DNA of 64,000 nucleotides from Candidatus Nitrosomirales archaeon (GTDB taxonomy: Archaea; Thermoproteota; Nitrososphaeria; Nitrososphaerales; UBA213): positions 28,421 through 92,420 of the forward strand of contig JBMCYV010000003.1 in assembly GCA_049199595.1 (NCBI GenBank), in the 5' to 3' direction. The notes under the pieces were generated by a model, which searched no databases, was not told the DNA's origin, and was given only the letters and a program-made list of their open reading frames with translations. A program made the position numbers and the translations under genes. This document shows, in pieces, positions 17,581 through 26,227 of the stretch (positions are counted from its first letter, which is position 1; each line of letters begins with the position of its first letter).

Positions 17581-19122
17581 TTGGAGAAAACTATTAAATT
17601 AACAGATGCCTTTAGTAGTTCTATGTTTGAGAGAATGAAAAAAACTTTTGGTATTAAGGCACATGAATTTCCAAAAAATTTTCAGTGGCTCAACACGAAA
17701 GAACCGCTTTCTTTGGAAAAGTTGAAGGGTCATGTAGTGATACTTGATTTCTGGACATACTGCTGCATAAACTGCATGCATACATTGCCAGAACTTGCGA
17801 AGATTGAGCAGAAGTATAAAGGAAAACCTGTTGTGGTTGTTGGTGTTCACTCTGCAAAGTTCTTCAACGAACAAGACGCTAGCAACATACAGCAAGCAAT
17901 ACTGCGATATGAGATCGAGCATCCCGTAGTTGTAGATAAGAACATGCAGATCTGGCAGAGTTACGGCATGAGTGGCTGGCCTACCATAGAAATCATCGAT
18001 CCAGTTGGCAATATTGTTTACAAACAGTCAGGCGAGGGACAGAGGGAGTACATTGAAGATGTGGTAGATGTGTTACTGGAAAATCATGGGAAAGCTGGTA
18101 CTTTAGCAGATAGATCGCTGTATATAGAGAGACCAAAGATTGCTGACAGGAAGACCCTATCGTACCCAGGAAAACTAGCATTCTCACCAGACGGTAAGAT
18201 GATTGTTGTGAGCGACTCCAACCACAACCGAATACTAGTTCTTACCATTAACGGGAAGATAACATATACAATCGGAAGTGGCGAGAGAGCATTAGTTGAC
18301 GGAAATTTTGAAAAGGCGTCTTTCTTCAGGCCACAAGGAGTGCTCTGGAAGGACGAGAAGCTCTATGTTGCAGATACGGAGAACCATGCACTGAGAGAGA
18401 TCGATCTAGCTGGAAAGATGGTTAGCACGCTTGCTGGCACAGGAAAACAGGGTCAGTGGATGCAAGCAGGCGGTGAAGGAAGAACAACTTCCTTGAGTTC
18501 GCCCTGGGATCTTGCTTGCAAGGACAAGAAAATATTCATCGCGATGGCAGGCAACCATCAGATCTGGGCATATAATTTGGAGAATGGAAAAGTAGAACCT
18601 TTTGCAGGCAGTGGTTATGAAAATATCGTTGACAGCAATCTGCTTGATGCACAGTTTGCACAGCCAAGTGGTCTTTCGCTCAACGGCAACTATCTATTTG
18701 TAGCTGACAGCGAAGTATCCGGCGTGCGAAGAATCGATCTGGAGCAAAAAATAGTAAGGACCATCGTGGGAGAAGGTCTCTTTGTCTTCGGACATCAGGA
18801 CGGCGATCTTTCGGAAGCTAGGTTCCAGCATCCTTTAGGACTGCATGCAGATGGCAACAGAATATTCGTTGCCGATACATACAACCACGCGATACGTTTG
18901 ATAGATCTTGTGGAGGGCAAGGTAACGACCTTGGTCGGCAAGCCTAGCATGAAGACAGTTTGCAACATAGACGATCCCAGCTGCGATACGTTGGGATTGT
19001 TCGAGCCAAGCGACGTGAAACTTCATGACAACAAGCTATACATTGCAGATACGAACAACCATCTCATACGCGTATTTGATCTGGAAAGGAAGGTATTGCA
19101 AACGCTTAACATAAGCGAATAA
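17581..19122 (+). CDS. Thioredoxin-fold (redoxin) domain fused to an NHL-repeat beta-propeller (NHLRC2-like)
   Basis: VVILDFWTYCCINCMHTLPEL is a redoxin CxxC motif. Repeated NHL-type blades follow: SDSNHNRILV, ADTENHALREID, AGNHQIWAY, ADSEVSGVRRID, ADTYNHAIRLID, ADTNNHLIRVFD. Confidence 0.85.
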   Translation: MEKTIKLTDAFSSSMFERMKKTFGIKAHEFPKNFQWLNTKEPLSLEKLKGHVVILDFWTYCCINCMHTLPELAKIEQKYKGKPVVVVGVHSAKFFNEQDASNIQQAILRYEIEHPVVVDKNMQIWQSYGMSGWPTIEIIDPVGNIVYKQSGEGQREYIEDVVDVLLENHGKAGTLADRSLYIERPKIADRKTLSYPGKLAFSPDGKMIVVSDSNHNRILVLTINGKITYTIGSGERALVDGNFEKASFFRPQGVLWKDEKLYVADTENHALREIDLAGKMVSTLAGTGKQGQWMQAGGEGRTTSLSSPWDLACKDKKIFIAMAGNHQIWAYNLENGKVEPFAGSGYENIVDSNLLDAQFAQPSGLSLNGNYLFVADSEVSGVRRIDLEQKIVRTIVGEGLFVFGHQDGDLSEARFQHPLGLHADGNRIFVADTYNHAIRLIDLVEGKVTTLVGKPSMKTVCNIDDPSCDTLGLFEPSDVKLHDNKLYIADTNNHLIRVFDLERKVLQTLNISE

Positions 19123-19311
19123 ACACGTCTTGAAATTGCAACAAAGTTCATGGCGAGCAATTATGTTAGTTGAGTTATGTACTTTCGGCAGCAATCTTCT
19201 GTGTTATGATCACATAATTCCTAGTTTGTAAAACCAGCGAAGTAATTCCATAACGACAAAGACAATACCCATTTCTAGTTCGTCAAGCAAGTTATAGAAC
19301 TAGATAGAGAC

Positions 19312-19509
19312 ATGCCTAGCATAAATTCGAACGATGTGGAGAATGCCAAGCTGAAGAACATCAAAGAGATGTATCGAAAGATGTCGCTAACCGAGCTCTT
19401 AACCGAAGAAAATACCGTACAGAGAGCTTACTGGAGACGCATACCAAACTACTTTGAGGATTTAGTAATACAAGCATTGCATAAGGAATTAGACAAGAAA
19501 CTAAGGTAG
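19312..19509 (+). CDS. Small hypothetical protein, paralog B of the 60-65 aa pair
   Basis: See 15662..15844. The conserved core is KM.L.ELL.EEN and the C-terminal EL.(R/K)KLR. Confidence 0.45.
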   Translation: MPSINSNDVENAKLKNIKEMYRKMSLTELLTEENTVQRAYWRRIPNYFEDLVIQALHKELDKKLR

Positions 19510-19512
19510 TTT

Positions 19513-20331
19513 CTAATCCTGCTTATGTCTGGGATACGAACCTATTACCTTGACAAATATAGTTTTATCTTTCAATTGTTCCAAACACTCCCTGATCTTC
19601 TGCTGCGATCTGTGACCCTCAAAATCAACGTAAAAGTTGTACTCCCACGGCTTCTCCTTCGTCGGCCTCGACATTATCATTGTCAAGTTTATGTCCCTAG
19701 ACGCAAATTCTTGAATAACATGGTGTAGCGCACCTGGCATGTGTTTGGTCGTAAATATTACAAGAGTTTTATCGTTGCCAGTCGGCTCGGAATCATTATG
19801 GCTTAAGATCAAGAACCGTGTATAGTTATTCTTGCTGTCTTCTATGCTCTTGGCAAATATCTTCATACCATAGATCTCAGCAGCTCTCTCGCTCGCAATC
19901 GCTGCCGCATTATCGATCCGCAACTCCTTGAGCATCTTCACGCTGCCTGCGGTGTCGTAGAACGGTATGGGTTCAAAGCCATGTGATCTTATGAAACCCC
20001 TGCACTGCCCCAGAGCCTGTGGGTGCGAATAAACTGCCTGTATCTTCTCCATGCTGCCGTCGCTGTAACCTATCAAACAATGCACCACTCTAAGATAGAC
20101 TTCGTTGCTCACCATAAGCTTCGTGTTCAACAGCAGATCATAAGTTTCGTTGACACTGCCCTCTATGGAATTTTCTATGGGCACTACGGCATGCTCCGCT
20201 CTTTGGTTTTCAACAGCTTCAAAAAGATCTGAAAATGTTTTCTGCGGTACCAACTCTATACTGTTGCCAAAGTGCTGCAGTGCGGCCATCTCGCTGTATG
20301 CTCCACTCTCTCCCTGGAAGACTACCTTCAA
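19513..20331 (-). CDS. pheA: Prephenate dehydratase with ACT domain
   Basis: VVFQGESGAYSE, PIENSIEGSV, YSHPQALGQC, and a C-terminal ACT-like TLVIFTTKHMPGALHHVIQEFA. Confidence 0.9.
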   Translation of the reverse strand: MKVVFQGESGAYSEMAALQHFGNSIELVPQKTFSDLFEAVENQRAEHAVVPIENSIEGSVNETYDLLLNTKLMVSNEVYLRVVHCLIGYSDGSMEKIQAVYSHPQALGQCRGFIRSHGFEPIPFYDTAGSVKMLKELRIDNAAAIASERAAEIYGMKIFAKSIEDSKNNYTRFLILSHNDSEPTGNDKTLVIFTTKHMPGALHHVIQEFASRDINLTMIMSRPTKEKPWEYNFYVDFEGHRSQQKIRECLEQLKDKTIFVKVIGSYPRHKQD

Positions 20332-20332
20332 C

Positions 20333-20944
20333 TTAACTACCTTGGTACTTTGACAGAATTAAACTGACCTTTCCGTAATCTTCTGCAAATTTTCTTTCTT
20401 CTATAGTACCGCATTCGACGCACTTTACCCTGCTGTCTACTCTTACAACGTTGTTGCCGCAGGAGCCGCAAACAGTGTAAAGCACCCCCAAATTTTCGTC
20501 ATGAAACGTTACGTGTATATTCGCGTTCAAGAGACTTACTACTTTAGCTCTAACGAGATCGCTCACTCTGAACATTACTCCTCGCCTCCCTCTCCCTCCC
20601 CGCATTAGCGAAATAGCGCCGAAACCAGCTTCGCTCTTTGCATCATTTACGTATAGTATCTTCATGCTCACCATATTTCCGGGGACCATGTCCACAAAAC
20701 CAACTACTAGATCGCCCACTTTTGGAAGCGAGGCGTTCTTTGCCTTGTGATCTACCTTCACGACTCTCTTCTTTAGATCAAATATGGTCTTGCCTACCCT
20801 GCTTGCCCTAAGTACACCATCTGATTCGTAGGTACCTTCAGCACCCTCAAACTCTTCAATGGACGCTACCTTATCGCCTGGAAGCGTCACGCTCTCCTTC
20901 TCCATAATACTTAGCCTAGAATTAACCAGTATTTTATTGTTCAT
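20333..20944 (-). CDS. csl4: Exosome complex RNA-binding protein Csl4
   Basis: It has an N-terminal PGD.VA..EEF..G.GTY, an S1-like core (GDLVVGFV...) and a C-terminal zinc ribbon (CGSCGNN..x..CVECG). The ORF track extends to 21037. The ATG at 20944 (MNNKIL) removes the overlap with the divergent gene. Confidence 0.75.
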   Translation of the reverse strand: MNNKILVNSRLSIMEKESVTLPGDKVASIEEFEGAEGTYESDGVLRASRVGKTIFDLKKRVVKVDHKAKNASLPKVGDLVVGFVDMVPGNMVSMKILYVNDAKSEAGFGAISLMRGGRGRRGVMFRVSDLVRAKVVSLLNANIHVTFHDENLGVLYTVCGSCGNNVVRVDSRVKCVECGTIEERKFAEDYGKVSLILSKYQGS

Positions 20945-21004
20945 ATGTGTTATAACCCCTGATGGAACTTTATAGTTAAATAATAAAATTGTCTGATATC
21001 TTTC

Positions 21005-22156
21005 ATGTCTAGTCGCAAACGCATCAAGTACTACCACTTCATCTTCATGGATATAGTAGGATTTGCTAGGCCTGGGATGACACCTGCGATCCAGAACCGT
21101 AAAATCAACTTTCTCAAAAAAATAGTTCTAGGATCAAAGATAGTTAAAGCAAGAACGAAGTCATTGATAAAGATCTGGACAGGTGATGGTATGGCCTTGG
21201 GTTTTCAAGATAGTGTAGAACATCCATTCAAACTAGCCATCGAGATTGATAAACGTCTTAGAAAATACAACACCAAGAAATCTGATAGAAATCGAATTGA
21301 CATGAGGATAGGATTGCACAGCGGTTCTGTGGAAGTAGTGAGAGATATCAATAACAAGGAAAATGCCGCTGGTCCTGGAATCATAATTGCACAGCGAGTC
21401 ATGAGTTTTGGTGATGCTGGTCACATACTAGCGTCAGATGTTGTTGCAATGAATTTGATAGACATAAATCCCAAGTATGCTGATATGCTTCATCCTATAG
21501 GCACATTTCATGATAAACACGGACAACCTATAGCTCTGTATAACATTTACGACAAACATACAGGAAATCCATCTACACCAAAGAAAATTATGCATGAAAG
21601 ATTCGGTCCCATAGAACATCTGCGAGCTGAGCGTGAGATTGAAATACTCGATCCGCGCAAAATGCTGGTTCGTCATACGCATACATACGTGTTCAAGAAT
21701 ACGTCAGAAGAGGAAGTAGATGCACTCATGAGCTCTGTCATTCTGGACGCACCTCATTCCCTGAAACAAATGAAACTGCAGATATTTGATAGACATAAGA
21801 AACAGCTTGGGAGGAAAATTATCCTGGATATAGCGCGCCGCAAGGACTATTACGTTAAACCGAATCCACCCATCAGACCGGGTCAGATCTATACATATAC
21901 AGAATCTTACTGTGCCACAGAACCTGAAAGATACTTTGAATATTTTGTTCCCAAAGAGACGGGACTTTTCGAATTTGCTCTTATTTGTCCACAATCTGCG
22001 GGAGAGTTATCACTTAGGGTATACGATGTAGATCCTGTAGGCGAACAGAAACCAACAACAATAGAACCTGAAATCGTAAAGTATGATGATAAGACTGAGA
22101 TAAGGTGGATCATAGATAGACCGAAGAAAGGCAAGTATCTGAGATTTGAATGGTAG
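21005..22156 (+). CDS. Class III nucleotidyl cyclase homology domain protein with uncharacterised ~190-aa C-terminal domain
   Basis: Cyclase homology domain motifs are present: FMDIVGF (metal Asp 1), WTGDGMALGF (metal Asp 2), RIGLHSGSV, GPGIIIAQRVMSFGDAGHILAS. The C-terminal half matches nothing I recognise. Confidence 0.75.
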   Translation: MSSRKRIKYYHFIFMDIVGFARPGMTPAIQNRKINFLKKIVLGSKIVKARTKSLIKIWTGDGMALGFQDSVEHPFKLAIEIDKRLRKYNTKKSDRNRIDMRIGLHSGSVEVVRDINNKENAAGPGIIIAQRVMSFGDAGHILASDVVAMNLIDINPKYADMLHPIGTFHDKHGQPIALYNIYDKHTGNPSTPKKIMHERFGPIEHLRAEREIEILDPRKMLVRHTHTYVFKNTSEEEVDALMSSVILDAPHSLKQMKLQIFDRHKKQLGRKIILDIARRKDYYVKPNPPIRPGQIYTYTESYCATEPERYFEYFVPKETGLFEFALICPQSAGELSLRVYDVDPVGEQKPTTIEPEIVKYDDKTEIRWIIDRPKKGKYLRFEW

Positions 22157-22205
22157 AATTTGAATCGTAATTCCAAACGTTGTAGCTTGCAAATATTTGG
22201 CAAAA

Positions 22206-23204
22206 TCATAGCCAGTGCGGAACTTTCAAAAAGTCTCCTATATCTTCCTTGTTCAGAAGCTTGAGCAAGGCATTTGCCTGCGGCACTGACAGAACCGGCT
22301 TGGAGAAAGTATTGTCTATAGATATTCTCGGACATGCTACCTGAATGAACGCGTCTATGTTGGTGAATATTCTGAGCCTTTCATCAGTAACCTCCGTAAG
22401 AGCTATCAACTGCACCTTCTTTCCATGCTGTTCAAGTTTCTTCCTGAGTTCAGTAACCCTGTTGAGCATGAACTGTCCTTCCTTCAGGCCAACTACCAGA
22501 CCAATAGTATTCGCATCTAATGCTTTGTATATTGCAAGTATAGATTTCTTCTGCAGGTCATACGCAAATTTAGTAACATCTCGAATTTCATCAAAATACG
22601 GATCAAGCATGAAGGTTGGTTTCTCGCTGGATAACGCGACGCCAGCAGCATGGAATGAACTCTGCCCCAGAAATACATAAGCATCAACCATCTCTTTAAC
22701 ATCCGATGCCGGATAAAACTCGCACCCAAAGACCTGCCCGTCGTTCAACTGTCCCTTTCCTTCACCAATCACAACCTTGAAACCATCGTTTTCAAGAATT
22801 GCCTTCACATTGTTTATTTGATGCAAGTGCTGGCTGTCCGTTACTATGGATAATGTTTTGTAGCTCTTCAGTTCCGTAGCACATTTTTTGGCTACAGAAT
22901 CAAATGTAATGTCGTCTAAAGCATCTACAAGCACAATCTTGTTGCCAAAGTCCTGCATCGATATCGTATGGCCTATGTGGAAGAGTATGTCAGCGCCGAT
23001 CATATCAGCAGCATGAGAGTTGATGTCGCACGACCCATAGCACGTATCACCGATTATGTATGCATTTATGCCAAACTCGCTGCTGACTTTGTCTGCAACA
23101 TCCTGTATCTTGCGCATTATACCCTCAGGTCCGTTGAACGCCACAACCTTGGGTTTCCTTTCTCTTATTACATCAAAGATCTTCTGGTAGTCTATACGTA
23201 TCAT
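22206..23204 (-). CDS. dph2: 2-(3-amino-3-carboxypropyl)histidine synthase (diphthamide synthesis, radical-SAM-like Dph2)
   Basis: VVAFNGPEGIMRK, YIIGDTCYGSCD, ADILFHIGH and C-terminal VACPRI motifs are typical of archaeal Dph2. Confidence 0.85.
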   Translation of the reverse strand: MIRIDYQKIFDVIRERKPKVVAFNGPEGIMRKIQDVADKVSSEFGINAYIIGDTCYGSCDINSHAADMIGADILFHIGHTISMQDFGNKIVLVDALDDITFDSVAKKCATELKSYKTLSIVTDSQHLHQINNVKAILENDGFKVVIGEGKGQLNDGQVFGCEFYPASDVKEMVDAYVFLGQSSFHAAGVALSSEKPTFMLDPYFDEIRDVTKFAYDLQKKSILAIYKALDANTIGLVVGLKEGQFMLNRVTELRKKLEQHGKKVQLIALTEVTDERLRIFTNIDAFIQVACPRISIDNTFSKPVLSVPQANALLKLLNKEDIGDFLKVPHWL

Positions 23205-23295
23205 AACAAGTGCGGTTTTATCAGAGAGCTATCTTTATAGCTAATGTTTTGATCGCTTGCATAATATTTAATACTGCGTGTTCGATAGAGTCTGT

Positions 23296-23529
23296 ATGCC
23301 AAAAGCCTTTGTCTTGATCAATGCTGAACTTGGCGCTGAGGACGCTCTTATCAAGGAGCTGAAGAGCATCGAGAACGTTAGCGAGGTTTACGTTGTTTAT
23401 GGAGTGTATGATATTGTAGCCAAGATTCAGAGCGACACTATGGAGAAGGTCAAGGAAACTATAACGTGGAAGATCAGAAGGCTTGAGCGCGTTAGATCTA
23501 CTCTGACGATGATCGTTGTTGAAAGTTAA
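23296..23529 (+). CDS. Stand-alone Lrp/AsnC-type ligand-binding (RAM) domain protein
   Basis: MPKAFVLINAELGAEDALIKELKSIENVSEVYVVYGVYDIVAKI fits a beta-alpha-beta-beta-alpha-beta RAM pattern. There is no HTH. Confidence 0.7.
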   Translation: MPKAFVLINAELGAEDALIKELKSIENVSEVYVVYGVYDIVAKIQSDTMEKVKETITWKIRRLERVRSTLTMIVVES

Positions 23530-23540
23530 GGTCATGCAAG

Positions 23541-24905
23541 ATGCCCTCGTTATACATAGGATTTGATGATACTGACAGCAGGCAGGGAATGTGTACAACA
23601 TATTTAGCATACAAGGTAGTGGATTTCCTGCTCAAGCGAAATGCTAGGTTTCTTGATTATCCATTATTGGTTAGATTGAATCCAAACATTCCATGGAAGA
23701 CTAGGGGCAATGGTGCTGTCGCTCTTCATGTTGAGGTCGATAATGAGAAAGAAGTTAAGGAAGGAGTAAGAACACTCGTAGAAAATGATTCGCATATTGG
23801 TCATGGTGCTAACCCTGGATTAGTATTCTGTTCTGATAAGAAAGTTCCCGAAGAAATCAGGGAGTTTGCTGTAGGTGCACTTCATGAAGTTTTGAGCAGA
23901 AAGCGAGCAATGGAGATTGCAAAAAACCATGGTGTTGATGTTTATGCTCTGGGAAATGGTCAGGGTGTTGTTGGAGCATTATCAGCTATTGGAACTTCAT
24001 TGGATGAAGATCACACGCTTGAGATCATTGCATACAGGAAGCAGGAGAATTGCGGAAAGTTAAGAGAAATTTCGAAAGAGAGTGTAGTTGAAATGGCAGA
24101 ACAAACCTGTCCAAATACTTACAACAATTATGATTACAAACATGAGCGAGTTTTGATCACTCCACACGGTCCAGATCCGATCTTTTGCGGTATCAGAGGC
24201 GAGGATCCAGATACACTTCTGCAAGCATTCTTGATGCTGAAGATACCTGAAGAACTTGAAGGATACATGATCTTCCGCACAAATCACGGCACAAATGCCC
24301 ATCTTACGAATGAATTTGATCTTTCAAAACTCAAGACATACACTTCTGGTTATGTTGAAGGTATTGTTGATAGCGCACCATATGCGATCGAAGGCGGACA
24401 TGCATTCTTTACAGTAAAGAATGATCAAGGTTTGGCTCTTTGTGCGGTATACGAGCCTACCGGGTTGAGCCAGTTAGCGCAGAAATTGAGCAATGACGAT
24501 CTGATAGAGATTGGCGGGGGAGTAAGGAAGGCTACCTCGAAACATCCGAAGGTGATCAATGTTGAGTACATTCGTATCTTGAAAGTTGCTGGAAAGTTTG
24601 ATTATGTTAATCCATTGTGCAAGAACTGTGGTAAGCGATTAAAGTCAGACGGGAAGGGCAAGGGATACAAGTGTGAAGTGTGTGGCTTAAAGGAACGTAA
24701 CGCACAGAAGGTTGCGGTCGAACTTGTAAGGGATATCAAGGAAGGACTGTATGTCCCAGTGCCGAAGGCGCATAGGCATCTAACAAAGCCATTGCAGAGA
24801 TACGGTATGGAAAAGAAGAGATATGATCATGTTTTGAACTCTCATTGGTATTACAAATTTGCGTCTGATAATTTGGTTTGTATGGATAGAGTGAAATTGA
24901 AATAG
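23541..24905 (+). CDS. tiaS: tRNA(Ile2) 2-agmatinylcytidine synthetase
   Basis: The N-terminus YIGFDDTDS..GMCTTYL and RLNPNIPWKTRGNGAV match the TiaS/DUF1743 signature. An OB-like middle region and a C-terminal zinc ribbon (CKNCG..x..CEVCG) follow. Confidence 0.85.
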   Translation: MPSLYIGFDDTDSRQGMCTTYLAYKVVDFLLKRNARFLDYPLLVRLNPNIPWKTRGNGAVALHVEVDNEKEVKEGVRTLVENDSHIGHGANPGLVFCSDKKVPEEIREFAVGALHEVLSRKRAMEIAKNHGVDVYALGNGQGVVGALSAIGTSLDEDHTLEIIAYRKQENCGKLREISKESVVEMAEQTCPNTYNNYDYKHERVLITPHGPDPIFCGIRGEDPDTLLQAFLMLKIPEELEGYMIFRTNHGTNAHLTNEFDLSKLKTYTSGYVEGIVDSAPYAIEGGHAFFTVKNDQGLALCAVYEPTGLSQLAQKLSNDDLIEIGGGVRKATSKHPKVINVEYIRILKVAGKFDYVNPLCKNCGKRLKSDGKGKGYKCEVCGLKERNAQKVAVELVRDIKEGLYVPVPKAHRHLTKPLQRYGMEKKRYDHVLNSHWYYKFASDNLVCMDRVKLK

Positions 24906-25023
24906 TAGCGGGGGGTGGACTTTCAGGAGTGAGCAACACTCGACTCCATTTGAACCACCGCTCTGCGGGTTATGAGCCCGCCGGGATGACTTTGCCATTA
25001 TCTTCTGGCTTCCCCACCCCGCT
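24906..25023 (-). tRNA. Initiator tRNA-Met (anticodon CAT) interrupted by two non-canonical introns
   Basis: The minus strand gives the following elements:
- acceptor stem AGCGGGG/CCCCGCT (A1:U72)
- D-stem GGGA/TCCC
- anticodon arm GCGGG-CTCATAA-CCCGC, with three G:C pairs next to the loop (the initiator signature)
- variable loop AGAGC
- T-arm GGTGG-TTCAAAT-CCACC
- discriminator A, with no encoded CCA

The cloverleaf (75 nt) closes only if two segments are removed: 14 nt in the D-loop (24991..25004) and 29 nt between the T-loop and the 3' T-stem (24919..24947). Confidence 0.8.
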
Positions 25024-25079
25024 ACAAAACTACACGTATTTGTCGGGTGATATATACCCTTTATCTTCATCAAAAATAA

Positions 25080-26174
25080 TTATCTCGCCTTTGACGGACC
25101 TCTTCTTCGATCAGGTTTGTAATCTCCGATCCTTCGATCCATTCTTGTAACCAATTCCTTTGATGCACTTCTAACATCCCATCCAGTAGATCTTGCAGAT
25201 ATTAGTCCATCAGTAGTCATTAACTTACCATGCATTGAATACTTTCTTGTTCTATGTCTATCGACAGAAACTTCGAACGAATACACGCTATCAAACCTTC
25301 CCGCTATACGTTTCAAAAACTTGTTCAACTCGGTCATTATCTCCTGCTTTACACTCTCGTCATCGACATGTGCGATCTGTACAACTGGTCCCCTGCTCTC
25401 TGGCATTGAAAGTTTGATCACATCTTTAGGAGCTATGATACCAGCCGGCATATCGTTGTCTATGACAATTATCTCCTCGGCTCCTTTCAGGAGCTTGACG
25501 GCATCACTTAGTCTAGTACCCATCTTTGTAGACGATGCTTTGCGCATTATCTCTCCCACCTTTACGGACTTGAAATCTACTACCCTATCAGAACGCGCTG
25601 AGAACATTGACGTTCGCGATCCACTCATCCTTTCTTTTGGAACTCCTAACACTTGTATTATATCTAAAGTGTCTAATACGCCAACTAATTTGCTATTCTT
25701 GCTTACAACGGGCAGCCTTGATATGTTCTGCTTCTTCATATTCGATAACGCATAACTTACTGTCGAGTCTTCTTGTACTACTATAGCGCCCTTCATCACA
25801 TCGTCTACGAGTGCGTTACCAACATCCGCAGCCATCGCAAGATCTGTCTCGCTTACTATGCCCACCAATTTGTCCTTCATAAGCACAGGTAGTGCCCTAA
25901 GTCCAGATCCCATTATTGCCTGATTGGCTTCCCAAATCTCCATGTCTGGTTTCAGGGACGCGGTATTTACTGTAACCGTCTGGACCTTAGTAGTTCTCGG
26001 GAATACACCTACCTCGATGAGTTTCTTCACATACACCATACCTTTGTACAGATTTCTTGCAACTACAGGGAGCTGGTGGATCTGATTCTCTTCCATCAGG
26101 CTTATTGCCTTTGCGACAGTTGCATCGGGCTCAATTGAGATTACATCGCGAATCATAACATCAGAAACATTCAT
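25080..26174 (-). CDS. Four-CBS-domain protein with C-terminal HPF/RaiA (S30AE)-like domain
   Basis: Four CBS repeats are present (e.g. VMIRDVISI...IHQLPVV; LRALPVL..DKLVGIVSETDL; ISRLPVVSKNSKLVGVL). The last ~100 aa (VVQIAHVDDESVKQEIMTELNKFLKRI..VYSFEVSVDR..KYSMHGKLMTTDGLISARSTGWDVRSASKELVTRMDRRI) follow the beta-alpha-beta-beta-beta-alpha pattern of YfiA/HPF. Confidence 0.7.
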   Translation of the reverse strand: MNVSDVMIRDVISIEPDATVAKAISLMEENQIHQLPVVARNLYKGMVYVKKLIEVGVFPRTTKVQTVTVNTASLKPDMEIWEANQAIMGSGLRALPVLMKDKLVGIVSETDLAMAADVGNALVDDVMKGAIVVQEDSTVSYALSNMKKQNISRLPVVSKNSKLVGVLDTLDIIQVLGVPKERMSGSRTSMFSARSDRVVDFKSVKVGEIMRKASSTKMGTRLSDAVKLLKGAEEIIVIDNDMPAGIIAPKDVIKLSMPESRGPVVQIAHVDDESVKQEIMTELNKFLKRIAGRFDSVYSFEVSVDRHRTRKYSMHGKLMTTDGLISARSTGWDVRSASKELVTRMDRRIGDYKPDRRRGPSKAR

Positions 26175-26227
26175 GATAACAATGCAAATTCCTTAAGTTA
26201 AAAACATTGCTAGATGGCTATGATTGT

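Noticed and set aside
21005-22156. Interpreting the cyclase-domain protein at 21005 as part of a Pycsar/CBASS-like defence operon.
   Set aside because: It is flanked by housekeeping genes (csl4, dph2) with no adjacent effector-like gene. It is reported only as a signalling protein with an unknown C-terminal domain.
24736-25150. ORFs 24736..24939(-), 24780..25073(-) and 24929..25150(+) in the tiaS / CBS-HPF spacer.
   Set aside because: The region is better explained by the 3' end of tiaS and the intron-containing initiator tRNA at 24906..25023. The ORFs have no coding-like features.
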